This document shows, in pieces, positions 49,547-59,024 of a stretch of DNA of 64,000 nucleotides; position 1 is the first letter of the stretch, and the number at the start of each line of letters is the position of its first letter. A model generated the notes under the pieces. It was not told the origin of the DNA. It saw nothing but the letters and a program-made list of their open reading frames with translations, and did not search any database. A program made the position numbers and the translations under genes. Source of the DNA: Acidimicrobiales bacterium (lineage in GTDB: Bacteria; Actinomycetota; Acidimicrobiia; Acidimicrobiales; VFJN01); NCBI GenBank assembly GCA_030681555.1, contig JAUXRW010000025.1, positions 37,710-101,709 on the forward strand. Reading direction: 5' to 3'.

Positions 49547-49864
49547 ATGTCAACGGATGGTCCGAGCAAGATCGTGCGAGCCGCCGTGGTGAGTGGCGTC
49601 TTGGGCGCTGCTGCCCTCGTGGCCGTCGCTGGTCCCGTGCAGGCCCAGGACAACGGCTCCGGCAACGGCTCCGGCAACGGCTCCAACGGCTCCGGTACGA
49701 ACAACACGACGTCGAGCAGCTCCACCACGACCACGCGGGCGCCCGCCCGCACCGGCGGCACCCTGCCGCTCACCGGTGGCTCCGCTGCCACCCCCCTGGC
49801 GCTGGGTGGCGCCGCCGTGGGCATCGCGCTCGCTGGCCGCCGCCTCCTCGCCGCTCGGGCCTAG
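49547..49864 (+). CDS. minimal LPXTG cell-wall-anchored protein (signal peptide + low-complexity linker + sorting signal only)
   Basis: AGGAGA lies 10 nt upstream of ATG 49547. It has a signal peptide ending VQA, GSGNGSGNGSNGSGTNNTTSSSSTTTT, then LPLTG, a TM segment and GRR. Confidence 0.65.
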   Translation: MSTDGPSKIVRAAVVSGVLGAAALVAVAGPVQAQDNGSGNGSGNGSNGSGTNNTTSSSSTTTTRAPARTGGTLPLTGGSAATPLALGGAAVGIALAGRRLLAARA

Positions 49865-49890
49865 CCAACTCGGTTGGATCGACCGAACGA

Positions 49891-49920
49891 GCCCGGGGCC
49901 TCGCGGCCCCGGGCTTCTTC
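49891..49920 (+). terminator. intrinsic terminator after the small LPXTG gene
   Basis: GCCCGGGGCC-TCGC-GGCCCCGGGC followed by TTCTTC. Confidence 0.7.
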
Positions 49921-49924
49921 GCGT

Positions 49925-51913
49925 GTGCTCGCTCCTTCCCGTGTGATCGCCGGTCTCCGGCGGGTGGTGCGGTTCTGGGGGCGGCACCGCATCGCCGGCG
50001 CCCTCCTCTTGGTCGTGCTCGCCTTGCTGGTGGGGGCGGTCGTCGACCTCCTGCGCATGCGGTGGCACCTCGACGACGGCCGTGAAGCCCTGTCGGGTCT
50101 GCAGCTCGACAACCTGAACGACGGGCTCGTCCCCACCATCGAGGGCGCCGCCGGCCACCTCCGCAAGGCCGAGGCGATCTCGGACAGCAGCCCGTTCCTG
50201 TCCGTGCTGGGCGTCGTGCCGGGCGTCCACGACCAGGTCGAGGGCCTCCGCGACCTCACCGACGTCACCCACCAGCTCGGCCGCACCGCCACGCGCTCGG
50301 CGAGCGCCATCGACGTGGTGCTGCAGGAGGCGGGCGGCGACCCGACCTCGCGGGTCCGCCTACTCGACACCGTCCTCGAGGAGCTCGACCACGTGGAGTC
50401 GACCATCGAGGACCTCGACATCGGCGCCACGGGGCGGCTCATCGGGCCCCTCGCCGATGCGCGCGCGGAGCTGGTCGAGGAGGTGGAGGACGCGCCGGCC
50501 CGCCTCGACGAGGCCCGTTTCTACGTTGGCGGCCTCCGTCGGCTGCTCGCCGGACCGTCGCGCTACCTGCTGCTCGGGGCCAACAACGCAGAGATGCGAG
50601 GCGGCGCCGGCATGCCGCTGTCCGCCGGGGTGGTCACGATCAAGGACGGCGACATCGAGTTCGGCGAGTTCAAGCAGCTGGCCGATGTGGCCGTGGGCCA
50701 GCCGGAGGTGGAGTATCCGGAGAGCTGGAACAACACCTACTTCCGCTGGGCCATCGGCCGGGACTACCTCGAGACGGCGGTCTCGCCCAACTTCCGCGTC
50801 ACCGGCCCGATGTACCAGGACATGGCGGTCACCGCCGGCTTCGGCCCGGTGGACGGCGTCCTGGAGATCGATGCCGTGGCCCTGCGCCGGCTGCTGGAGG
50901 TCATCGGACCCGTGGAGCTCGACGGGGTCTCCTACGACGCCTCGAACATCGAGCAGCAGGTCCTCAACGAGAACTACCTGCGCTTCGACACGATCAGCGA
51001 GGGCCGCGGCAACCGCGTCGAGCTCCAGTCGGCGCTGGCCAAGGCCATCTTCGACGCCTTCAAGGAGCGCGACGTCCCCGTCGCCGAGCTGGCCCTCGGC
51101 CTGCGCGAGGCGGCCTACGGGCGCCACCTGCTGGCCCACTCCACCGACCCCGCCGTGCAGTCGCTGTGGGAGTCGATCGGCGCCGACGGCTCCCTCGACG
51201 CCGCCGGTCTGATGGTGACCGCCCAGAACGTGGCCGCCAACAAGCTCGACTGGTACATCGACCCGCAGGTCACCCTCAACGTGCTGCCCGACATAGACGG
51301 GAGCTGGAAGGCCCGGCTCACCGTCCGGGTCGAGAACCCCGAGGTCGAGCGCACCAGCCCCCAGGTCGACGGGACGTACGACAACCTCACGAACGGCACC
51401 CACCGCACGATGGTCGCCGTCTACTTGCCGAGGGGCGCACACAGCATCCGTTCCCTGGACCAGCCGTTCACGGAGCAGGGCTACGACCCGCCCCTGCAGA
51501 TGGCGGCCAAGCGCTTCGAGATCCCGCGGGGCGACGGCCGCAGCGTGGCCATGGAGTTCTCGTTGCCGAAGAACTACATCGGCACCCTGATCATCCCGTC
51601 GGGTCGGGTGCGTCCCGTGCAGTACACCGTGAACGGCCAGCTCGTCACCGACGCCGTGCCCACGCCGGTGTTCTGGGTGCAGCCGGACGAGCCCGACAAG
51701 ACGCCCGGCGCCGCCGCCGTCGCCGGGGTGCTCGCCCTGGCCGGTGCCCTGGCCGTGAGCGCAGGGGTGCGGCCCCGCATCCGCATCGCGGCCGAGCGGC
51801 CGATGCGCGCGGTGCCGGAGCTGGCGCTGCGGGCGCCCCCCTTCGGGCTGATGCTGTTCCTCAGCGCCCTGGGTGTACTCGTCGCCGGCGCCCTCATCAG
51901 CGCGGCGTCCTAG
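49925..51913 (+). CDS. DUF4012 domain membrane protein
   Basis: N-terminal TM segment, coiled region, then LLLGANNAEMRGGAGMPLSAGVV typical of DUF4012, with a C-terminal TM. The track start (TTG 49874) lies upstream of the terminator hairpin, so GTG 49925 (or 49943) is preferred. Confidence 0.75.
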   Translation: MLAPSRVIAGLRRVVRFWGRHRIAGALLLVVLALLVGAVVDLLRMRWHLDDGREALSGLQLDNLNDGLVPTIEGAAGHLRKAEAISDSSPFLSVLGVVPGVHDQVEGLRDLTDVTHQLGRTATRSASAIDVVLQEAGGDPTSRVRLLDTVLEELDHVESTIEDLDIGATGRLIGPLADARAELVEEVEDAPARLDEARFYVGGLRRLLAGPSRYLLLGANNAEMRGGAGMPLSAGVVTIKDGDIEFGEFKQLADVAVGQPEVEYPESWNNTYFRWAIGRDYLETAVSPNFRVTGPMYQDMAVTAGFGPVDGVLEIDAVALRRLLEVIGPVELDGVSYDASNIEQQVLNENYLRFDTISEGRGNRVELQSALAKAIFDAFKERDVPVAELALGLREAAYGRHLLAHSTDPAVQSLWESIGADGSLDAAGLMVTAQNVAANKLDWYIDPQVTLNVLPDIDGSWKARLTVRVENPEVERTSPQVDGTYDNLTNGTHRTMVAVYLPRGAHSIRSLDQPFTEQGYDPPLQMAAKRFEIPRGDGRSVAMEFSLPKNYIGTLIIPSGRVRPVQYTVNGQLVTDAVPTPVFWVQPDEPDKTPGAAAVAGVLALAGALAVSAGVRPRIRIAAERPMRAVPELALRAPPFGLMLFLSALGVLVAGALISAAS

Positions 51914-52092
51914 CCGTCGTGGCAGTCGCGGCTGGAGCACCAGACCCGGGGTGCTCGAACGGCAGCGCGACCACCTCTCCGCGTGCATCGGGTGCGGGTG
52001 CCTCTCGCCGAAGGTCGGCCGGATCGTCGACGCGCGACGAGCTCGACGACGTGGAGGCCGACGAAGCGATGCGCCCCGCCTAGATTGGGGCC

Positions 52093-52533
52093 GTGCGCAC
52101 CCCCGACAAGGTCCTCGACGTCGGTGCCTGGATGCTGGAGAACGGGCACAGGGCCGTCCTGAAGCTCACCGGCGGACGCTACCCACGCCGCCTGCTCGGC
52201 ATGCAACCGGTCGAGCTGCACGTCGTGGGCCGGAAGTCCGGCGAGCGGCGATCCACGCTGCTGACCGCCCCGATCATCGACGACGAGCGCATCGTCCTCG
52301 TGGCCTCGAAGGGCGGCAGCCAGGACCATCCCCAGTGGTACAAGAACCTCGCCGCCAACCCGGAGGTGGAGATCACCGTCGAGGGCAAGACGCGCAAGGC
52401 GCGGGCGCGCACCGCCACGCCCGGCGAGAAGGCCGAGCTCTGGCCGGAGATCGTGCGCCAGTACCGGGGGTACGAGGGGTACCAGCGCAACACCGACCGG
52501 GACATCCCGGTCATCATCTGCGAATCACGCTGA
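52093..52533 (+). CDS. deazaflavin (F420)-dependent nitroreductase family protein (DUF385/Ddn-like), second copy
   Basis: GRKSGERRSTLL, ASKGGSQDHPQWYKNLAANP and YEGYQRNTDRDIPVI. Confidence 0.8.
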   Translation: MRTPDKVLDVGAWMLENGHRAVLKLTGGRYPRRLLGMQPVELHVVGRKSGERRSTLLTAPIIDDERIVLVASKGGSQDHPQWYKNLAANPEVEITVEGKTRKARARTATPGEKAELWPEIVRQYRGYEGYQRNTDRDIPVIICESR

Positions 52534-52631
52534 ACGTCGCCCGCTCGGTCGCAGGCGGGCGCCACGCAGCAGGTCCGCGCAGGGGACCTGCCAGTGCGGA
52601 ATGCCCCCGCGCAGAGTTTGTTGAACCCCAC

Positions 52632-53666
52632 ATGGCCAGCCTCCCGACCAGCACCGGCACGATCCTGCAGGTTGTCCCCCTCGGCCCCCGGTGGCCGACC
52701 GTCGACCCGTTCCTGTTCTGCGCCCATCACGACGACGGCTACCCGGCCGGCGACGAGGCGCTCGCCCCGGCGGTGCCGATCTCGGAGCGCGACCTGGGTC
52801 AGGACTTCTCCGGACTCGACGGCTGGAGCATGTACCACGGGCTCACGGTCCCAGGCTTCCCCGGGCATCCGCACCGCGGCTTCGAGACCGTCACCTACGT
52901 GCGCCGCGGCCTCATCGACCACTCCGACTCCCTGGGGGCGGCCGCTCGCTTCGGCGAGGGGGACGTCCAGTGGCTCACCGCCGGCAAGGGCATCGTGCAC
53001 GCCGAGATGTTCCCGCTGCTCGACCGTGACCACCCGAACCCGCTCGAGCTGTTCCAGATCTGGCTCAACCTGCCCGCCGCCGACAAGCTCGTCGACCCGC
53101 ACTTCACGATGTTCTGGGACCGTGAGCTGCCACGGGTGCGCCACGTGGACGATGCCGGCCGGGTCACCGAGGTGACGGTCGTCGCGGGTGTGCTGGGCGA
53201 CGCCACTCCCCTTCCCCCGCCGCCGAGCTCCTACGCCGCCCACGCGCGCTCCGACGTGGCGATCTGGCACCTCCGTCTCGAACCGGGGGCGCGCTGGGAG
53301 CTGCCCCCGGCGGCCGGACCCGACACCGCAAGGGTGCTCTACGTGTTCGAGGGCGACACCGTGCGCGTGGCCGGCACCGAGGTGGCCAAAGATCACGGTG
53401 TGGCCGTGCGGGCCGACGTCCCCGTCACGCTCGTCGCCGGCCCTGAGCAGGTCGAGGTGCTCGTCCTCCAGGGACGGCCGCTCGGCGAGCCCGTGGCGCA
53501 GTACGGCCCGTTCGTCATGACCACCGAGGCCGAGATCGAGCAGGCGCTCGCGGACTACCGGGAGACGGGCTTCGGCGGCTGGCCCTGGCCCGACGAGGCG
53601 CCCACACATGGCGCCGACCGACCCCGGTTCGCCCGGCACGTCGACGGTCGCGTCGAGGAGCCCTGA
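52632..53666 (+). CDS. pirin family protein
   Basis: ATG 52632. It has HPHRGFETVTYVRRG and VQWLTAGKGIVHAEM cupin motifs plus a C-terminal pirin domain. Confidence 0.88.
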   Translation: MASLPTSTGTILQVVPLGPRWPTVDPFLFCAHHDDGYPAGDEALAPAVPISERDLGQDFSGLDGWSMYHGLTVPGFPGHPHRGFETVTYVRRGLIDHSDSLGAAARFGEGDVQWLTAGKGIVHAEMFPLLDRDHPNPLELFQIWLNLPAADKLVDPHFTMFWDRELPRVRHVDDAGRVTEVTVVAGVLGDATPLPPPPSSYAAHARSDVAIWHLRLEPGARWELPPAAGPDTARVLYVFEGDTVRVAGTEVAKDHGVAVRADVPVTLVAGPEQVEVLVLQGRPLGEPVAQYGPFVMTTEAEIEQALADYRETGFGGWPWPDEAPTHGADRPRFARHVDGRVEEP

Positions 53667-53675
53667 CCGCGGGCC

Positions 53676-54512
53676 TCAGGCAGCCGCGGGCGTCGCTGCC
53701 TGGCGGTAGATCCGCAGCCGGTCGAAGCCGGGCAGCGCCGCGAAGCGGCGGTCCATCCGGTCGATGACCCGTTCGCTCTCGGGTCGGGCGTTCAGCACGG
53801 CCAGCACACGCTGGAACTCCTCGGCCGTCTTGTAGCCGTCGCCCACGCCGACCGGCGTCCAGGAGCCGTCGAGGAACCGCGGCAGGACCGTGCGGGCCAG
53901 GCGGCTGGAGGCCAGCCGCCACTCCGCCTGCAGGAGGTAGAAGCTGTAGTGCCGTGCCTCCTGGGCTGCGATGCGCCGCAGCAGCTCGGCCAGGACGGGG
54001 TCGTCGCATTGGTCGGCGAGCAGGCGGTAGCCGTTCATCGTCAACAGCTCGTTGGCCGCTCCCCAGGCCATGTGGGCTGCGGCGACGAGGGTGCCCACCG
54101 GGCCGCCGACGCGGGCCAGTGCCCGCTCGTAGCGCGGCACGGAGGGGACGGGCGACGCCTGCGCGGGCGGGATGTCCAAGCCGCGCGCCGCGGCGTACAC
54201 CTCGAGGTACTCGGCGATGGCCTGGGAGTGCGCGGCCTCCTCCGCCTGCCACACCTCCAGGAACGCGTGCACGATCGGGTCGGAGAGGGTCGTCTTGTGG
54301 GCGGCGAGGCCGACGACGTAGCTGTCCGTGAAGCCCTCGACGTCCCGCATGTACACGAGGGTGTCGATCACGCCCGGATCCAGCTCGACCGCACCGACCC
54401 GGCCCCAGTCGAGGTCGTCGACGTCGAGGAGCTGGGAGCGTTCGAGGATGCGGCGGCACCGGGCCTCGTTGCTCCGGCGGATGTCAGCGGCGGAGGTCGT
54501 CGTGGTGGCCAT
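53676..54512 (-). CDS. ferritin-like di-iron oxygenase/desaturase-superfamily protein
   Basis: Two ExxH motifs about 95 aa apart (QAEEAAHSQ, AAQEARHYS) in a predicted helical protein. The specific family is not resolved. Confidence 0.6.
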   Translation of the reverse strand: MATTTTSAADIRRSNEARCRRILERSQLLDVDDLDWGRVGAVELDPGVIDTLVYMRDVEGFTDSYVVGLAAHKTTLSDPIVHAFLEVWQAEEAAHSQAIAEYLEVYAAARGLDIPPAQASPVPSVPRYERALARVGGPVGTLVAAAHMAWGAANELLTMNGYRLLADQCDDPVLAELLRRIAAQEARHYSFYLLQAEWRLASSRLARTVLPRFLDGSWTPVGVGDGYKTAEEFQRVLAVLNARPESERVIDRMDRRFAALPGFDRLRIYRQAATPAAA

Positions 54513-54578
54513 GGCACCGACTGTTCGGCGCCCGACGGCGGGCCGGATGGCGGGCCGGGCGGGCGACGGCGAGGCGAG

Positions 54579-54872
54579 CTAGCGGCTGTCCCGCCAGAGG
54601 TGGAACCCCTCGAAGCCGGTGAGGCCGTCGACCTCGTCCGGATCTCCCAGTGAGGCGAGCACCCCGACGCTCAGGGCGGCGAGGCGGGCCACCGCGGGGT
54701 ACAGCTCGGCCAGCGGCACGTGGGTCTGCGGGAAGGCGGAGGCGGCCCGCGCGAGCGCCTCGACGGCGGCGATCTCGTCGAGGGCGGCGACCTCGTCGCC
54801 GTGCACCCGCCACTGGTAGGCGAGGATGGCCAGCGCCTGCTCGAGCGCATCGTACGGCGGCTGGTGCGCCAT
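54579..54872 (-). CDS. hypothetical protein (97 aa)
   Basis: It forms an ATGA overlap with the upstream mycothiol-dependent enzyme gene and has good GC3. I recognise no domain. Confidence 0.55.
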   Translation of the reverse strand: MAHQPPYDALEQALAILAYQWRVHGDEVAALDEIAAVEALARAASAFPQTHVPLAELYPAVARLAALSVGVLASLGDPDEVDGLTGFEGFHLWRDSR

Positions 54873-55507
54873 CAGCCGCGAGCGAGGAGACGGGCCACGC
54901 CGTCGCCGCTGACGTCGGGGCCGTACGCGGGGCGACCGACGAGCAGCCCGGCGAGCGAAGGCGCAGGGCCAGAGGCGGTTGCGCTCGCGCCCGGCGGATC
55001 CCAGGCCCAGTCGAGGTCGGTCGCCTCCAGGCGGACGCCGTCGATCGACGCCGACCGAAACGACCGCTTGGCCTTGTCGCTGACGAGGAACCCGAGGACG
55101 CGGAGCATCGCCTCCGGGTCGACGGCCACCGACCGGCCGAGGGGACGAAGGATGTCCGCGCCGTGGAGCACGACGTCGGACAGCGGGGCCTCGGGTGGCA
55201 TCGTCGGGGGGACGAAGCGGCTTTCCGCATGGGCTCGCAGCTCGCGCACGCAGCGCTCTGGGCTGAGCCGACCGGCCAGCTGCTGCGACGCCGAGTCCAT
55301 CGCCTTGTTCAGGTCACCCCGGTGCCGCAGGACGCCGAGCAGCAGCTTGGGCGTGCTGGACGCCCACGGGAGGTTGAGGTGCGCCGCGACGACGTGGGCC
55401 GTCCACCCGTCGCACAGGGACGAGGCGGCCCAGTCGGCTTCGGACAGGGTGTCCAGCTCGTCGGCCAGCCGTCTGCGCTCTACCGCGATCAGGGTGAAGG
55501 TGTCCAC
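54872..55507 (-). CDS. maleylpyruvate isomerase-family mycothiol-dependent enzyme (DinB-like)
   Basis: N-terminal pattern ERRRLADELDTLSEADWAASSLCDGWTAHVVAAHL is typical of the TIGR03083-type family as I recall it. Confidence 0.8.
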   Translation of the reverse strand: MDTFTLIAVERRRLADELDTLSEADWAASSLCDGWTAHVVAAHLNLPWASSTPKLLLGVLRHRGDLNKAMDSASQQLAGRLSPERCVRELRAHAESRFVPPTMPPEAPLSDVVLHGADILRPLGRSVAVDPEAMLRVLGFLVSDKAKRSFRSASIDGVRLEATDLDWAWDPPGASATASGPAPSLAGLLVGRPAYGPDVSGDGVARLLARG

Positions 55508-55530
55508 GAGGAGAATGCAGGGCGGCGGCC

Positions 55531-57156
55531 TCAGCGCCGCCGGTGGGCCAGCGCCGCGAGGGCGCCCATCGCGAGGGCCACCCCCGAGGTCCGCTCGGCG
55601 ACGAGGCGCACCCGGTGGTTCCGGCGGATGCGGGCCAGGTCCCCCGGGCGGGGCGGGAGGTCGTCGCGGCGCGCCGCGCGCACGGGATCGGCGGTGGCCT
55701 CGACCTCACGCAGCTGGGGTGGCCAGTCCGCCCGTCGCGCCTCCCAGGCGGCACCGAGCCACTGCGACCGACCCGGGTCCTCGTCCGTCGGTTCGACGAA
55801 CCACCACTCGAGGAGCGCCCGCTCGCGCGTGAGGTCGACGACGCCGTAGCCGCGCCGGGTGACGTCCGCCCACGGCACGTGCTCGAGCCGGCGCACCGCG
55901 GCGTCGAGCAGGCGCCACGCACCGGGCAGGCGCCCCCGGCCCATCGGCGCGGACGCGACCGCCGGCACGGTCATCTCGACCGCGACCGCGCGGCCGTCGT
56001 CGTCGCAGGGCCCTTCGAAGGCCCACGAGGAGTGGATGTCCGCCGAGAGGATCACCGTGCGGCCACCCGCGTCGCGCCGGGCGGCGAGTTGCTCGACGAG
56101 GTGGGCGCGCTCGTGCGGATAGCCGTCCCACTGGTCGTCGTGGAGCACCTCGCGATCGACCAAGGCGTAGCCGTTGGGCAGCAGGTGGCCGATTCCGGGC
56201 ACCGCAGGGGCGGGCAGCCCGACCTCGTTCACGACGACGCCCGTGGCCAGAAGCGTCCATGGCCGGTCGCCGTCGGCCAGCCTCTCGTCCATCCACTGGC
56301 GCTGCTCGTCGCCCAGCAACGACCGGGTCGGGTCGCGCAACGGCTTCGTGCCGTCATCGCCTGCGTGCTGGTCTCGGCCGCTGAGGCGCGTGTCGAGCAG
56401 CAGGAGCTCCGCGAGGTCGCCCAGCTCCACGGACCGCCACGTCGTGCGCGGGTCGCTCGCGTCCCGGAGGCGCTGGGGCAGCCACTCCTGCCGAGCCTCG
56501 GTGGCTGCGGCGGCACGGGCGGCGAACGGCCCGTCCGAGGCGTCATCGTGGTGCTTGGCGCCCGTCGACCAGCAGTTGTCGGCCACGTCGTGGTCGTCGA
56601 GGATCGCGACCATCGGGTGGCGGAGGTGCAGCGCCTGCGCGTCGGGGTCGGCCCGCACCTGCGCGATCCTTCGGCGGTAGTCGCTGCGCGAGCGGGCGGG
56701 GTGCGGCGGCTCATGGGACCGCGGGCCCGACGACCCGTCGTCCTCGTAGATGTAGTCACCGAGGTGGAGCACGAGGTCCACCTCCCGCTCCGCCACCGCC
56801 CGGTACACGCCCAGGGGCGCGACCGAGAAGCGGGCGCAGCTCACCAGCCCGAGGCGGACGTGGTCGGCGCCCGCAGCAGGAAGCGTGCGGGTGCGACCGA
56901 CGGGCGACCGCTGGCCGGCAGCCGAGAACCCGTAGAAGTACGTGGTGGCCGGCTCGAGCCCGGACACGTCGACGACCGCCGTGTGGTCGCGCTCCGGGTC
57001 GGGGTCGACGAGACCCGTGCCGACGACATCGGTGAGGTCGGCGTCGCCCGCGACCGTCCACCGCAGGGGGCCCGCGCCGGGAGCGCGGGTCCAGAGCAGC
57101 ACCGCGTCGGCGGTGGGGTCGAACGAGGCGACGGCATGGGTGAACGGGCTGGCCAC
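55531..57156 (-). CDS. PhoD-family alkaline phosphatase/phosphodiesterase
   Basis: FTHAVASFDPTADAVLLWTR and LHLGDYIYE are calcineurin-like motifs, 541 aa. There is no N-terminal Tat signal, and the C-terminus is hydrophobic (GVALAMGALAALAHRRR). Confidence 0.85.
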   Translation of the reverse strand: MASPFTHAVASFDPTADAVLLWTRAPGAGPLRWTVAGDADLTDVVGTGLVDPDPERDHTAVVDVSGLEPATTYFYGFSAAGQRSPVGRTRTLPAAGADHVRLGLVSCARFSVAPLGVYRAVAEREVDLVLHLGDYIYEDDGSSGPRSHEPPHPARSRSDYRRRIAQVRADPDAQALHLRHPMVAILDDHDVADNCWSTGAKHHDDASDGPFAARAAAATEARQEWLPQRLRDASDPRTTWRSVELGDLAELLLLDTRLSGRDQHAGDDGTKPLRDPTRSLLGDEQRQWMDERLADGDRPWTLLATGVVVNEVGLPAPAVPGIGHLLPNGYALVDREVLHDDQWDGYPHERAHLVEQLAARRDAGGRTVILSADIHSSWAFEGPCDDDGRAVAVEMTVPAVASAPMGRGRLPGAWRLLDAAVRRLEHVPWADVTRRGYGVVDLTRERALLEWWFVEPTDEDPGRSQWLGAAWEARRADWPPQLREVEATADPVRAARRDDLPPRPGDLARIRRNHRVRLVAERTSGVALAMGALAALAHRRR

Positions 57157-57240
57157 AGGGCTGCACGGTACCCACGGCCGGTCGTGACCAGCCCCGCAGG
57201 AACCGCGGGACCCGATGTCCCGCTGAAGCTGGTCCGCTGG

Positions 57241-58440
57241 CTAAAGGCCGTGGCGGCCGAGATGGAGGAGGACGCTGCCCAGCCCCGCCGGCTCGGCGAT
57301 CAAGCGGGCCAGGGCAGCGGTCTCCGCGGCACGCTCGGCATCGCCGACGGCACCGCGTAGTGCGTAGACGCCTGCCAGCCACGATCCGGTCCGGGCCTCC
57401 CAGTAGCGGCTGCGCACCCGGCGGTCGCTGTCGAGGGCCTCGAGCAGCAGCGCCTCGGCGTCGTCGAACCGGCCGAGCGTGGCCTCGGCCAGGCCCAGGG
57501 CGGCGGAGCCGGTACCCGCCGTCACGGCGAACACCCCGCCGGTGAAGCGGACGCCGCGGTAGGGCCGGAGTCGATCCCGGGCCCAACCGGCGGTGCGCTC
57601 GTGCCGGAGGACGTGCGCGGCGCTCGACAGCAGCAGCAGGAACACCTGGTAGTTCCCGTCCTGCTTCAGGTCGCGGATGCCGCCGTCCATGAGGCGGTCC
57701 AGCTCGTCGGCCGCCTCCTGGGCGCGACCAGCGTCGGCCAGCACGGCAGGGAGCGTGAGCCGCCATGGGATGCCCGGTTCGGCGGCCGCGATCATCTCGA
57801 TGACCGGCTCCAGTTCGACGCCGCGGCCCTGCGCGATCCGAACCGCGAGGAGCTGGGCGCCGTACTGGTTCTGGACGATTGGATCGCCCAGCGCGGTTCC
57901 CACCTCGAGCGCCCGCTGGGTGAGCTGCTCGGCCACCTCGAGGCGGGCGTCCTCCAGAGCGAGGCTCGCGTCGAACAGGGCGACGTAGTAGTTGGCCTCG
58001 GTCACCCGAGCGGCGTGAATCTGCCCTCGCATCGCCACGACCTCCTGCTCGAGCGCGTCGCGGTCGGAGCGGGCGTAGTGGTCGGCAACCTTCCACGCCT
58101 GAGCGCCGGTGACGATCCAACCGTCCCCGGCCTCCACGGCTAGCGCTCGGCCTCCTCCGACACGGCCAGGCGAACACCGATGTCCGGCTGCACCATCAGG
58201 TGCCACCGCCACGCCCACAGCGCGTAGGCGAGCGTGCGGGGGGCGGCCACGGCCCGCGCCAGGGCCACCGCCTCCCGTTACCACGGTGCCCCGGCTGCTC
58301 GCCACGATCTTGGTGACGGAGCCGAAGTGGCGACGGCGCAGCTCGTCGGCGCCGCCGTCCCCCAGCCGCTGGGCCAGCTCGGTCGAGCCGACCAGGTCGG
58401 TGACGACGACGATGATGGTGCCTGACTGGCCGCCCGCCAC
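57241..58440 (-). pseudogene. decayed class III adenylate/guanylate cyclase + TPR-like regulator
   Basis: The N-terminal ~45 aa match a cyclase start (TDLVGSTELAQRLGD...RRRHF). The cyclase core continues only in another frame (EAVALARAV...IGVRLAVSEEAER) and hits TAG at 58140-58142. There is no P-loop ATPase module, and the C-terminal ~270 aa are helical-repeat. Confidence 0.45.
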
Positions 58441-58475
58441 GCCGCCGAATGTACTGCGAGCAGCTCCTCGGTGGG

Positions 58476-58760
58476 CTAGCCGCCGCCCTGGCTCGGGTCC
58501 ATGTCGTCGGCGTCCTGGGCGGTGGACTGGGTGGTGTCGGGTGTGCCACCCGGCACCTCCTGGTCGCCCTGGGTGCCGCCGCCGGTGGTCGAGCCGTCGA
58601 CGGTGGTACCCGACTGGTCCCCTGTGTTCGACTCGCCGCCGTCGACCTCGGTGTCCTCTCCCGAGGGCTCGTCCTGAGCGTCGTCGTCGCCGCAGGCACC
58701 GAGCAGCAACAAGCTCGCGCCGACGGCCCCGACGAACCGGCGGAGGCGTACAGCGGTCAC
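58476..58760 (-). CDS. small acidic Gly/Thr-rich lipoprotein
   Basis: GTG 58760 overlaps the upstream stop (GTGA). Lipobox LLLLGACG is followed by a low-complexity D/E/G/T-rich mature part. Confidence 0.6.
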   Translation of the reverse strand: MTAVRLRRFVGAVGASLLLLGACGDDDAQDEPSGEDTEVDGGESNTGDQSGTTVDGSTTGGGTQGDQEVPGGTPDTTQSTAQDADDMDPSQGGG

Positions 58761-58984
58761 GAGGGCTTCGGCTTGCTGATGTCGCGCTCGGGGTCCTTGT
58801 CCGCGGAGTACTCCTCGAACGCCTCTTCGGCGGCGGCTTCGTCGCCGCCCGTCTCCTCGAGCACCTCGTCGATCAGCTCCTCGTCGTCGGCCACCTTCTG
58901 GCCGTGCCAGTCGTTGACCGTGCTGTTCGCCGGTTCGACGATCGTGCCGTGGTCGGTCTTCTGCTCGTTCTCTGCCATGGCCAC
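58757..58984 (-). CDS. conserved small acidic protein (75 aa)
   Basis: MAMAENEQKTDHGTIVEPANSTVNDWHGQKV..EELIDEVLEETGGDE. I recall the NSTV.DW.GQ motif from small actinobacterial proteins, but the family name is not certain. Confidence 0.65.
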   Translation of the reverse strand: MAMAENEQKTDHGTIVEPANSTVNDWHGQKVADDEELIDEVLEETGGDEAAAEEAFEEYSADKDPERDISKPKPS

Positions 58985-59024
58985 GGCCTACCCCCATCGT
59001 CCCCGGATCATCCGGCAGGTCCTG

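Noticed and set aside
49874-49924. TTG 49874 as the start of the DUF4012 gene
   Set aside because: The strong terminator hairpin (49891-49920) of the preceding gene would lie inside the coding region, so a downstream GTG is preferred.
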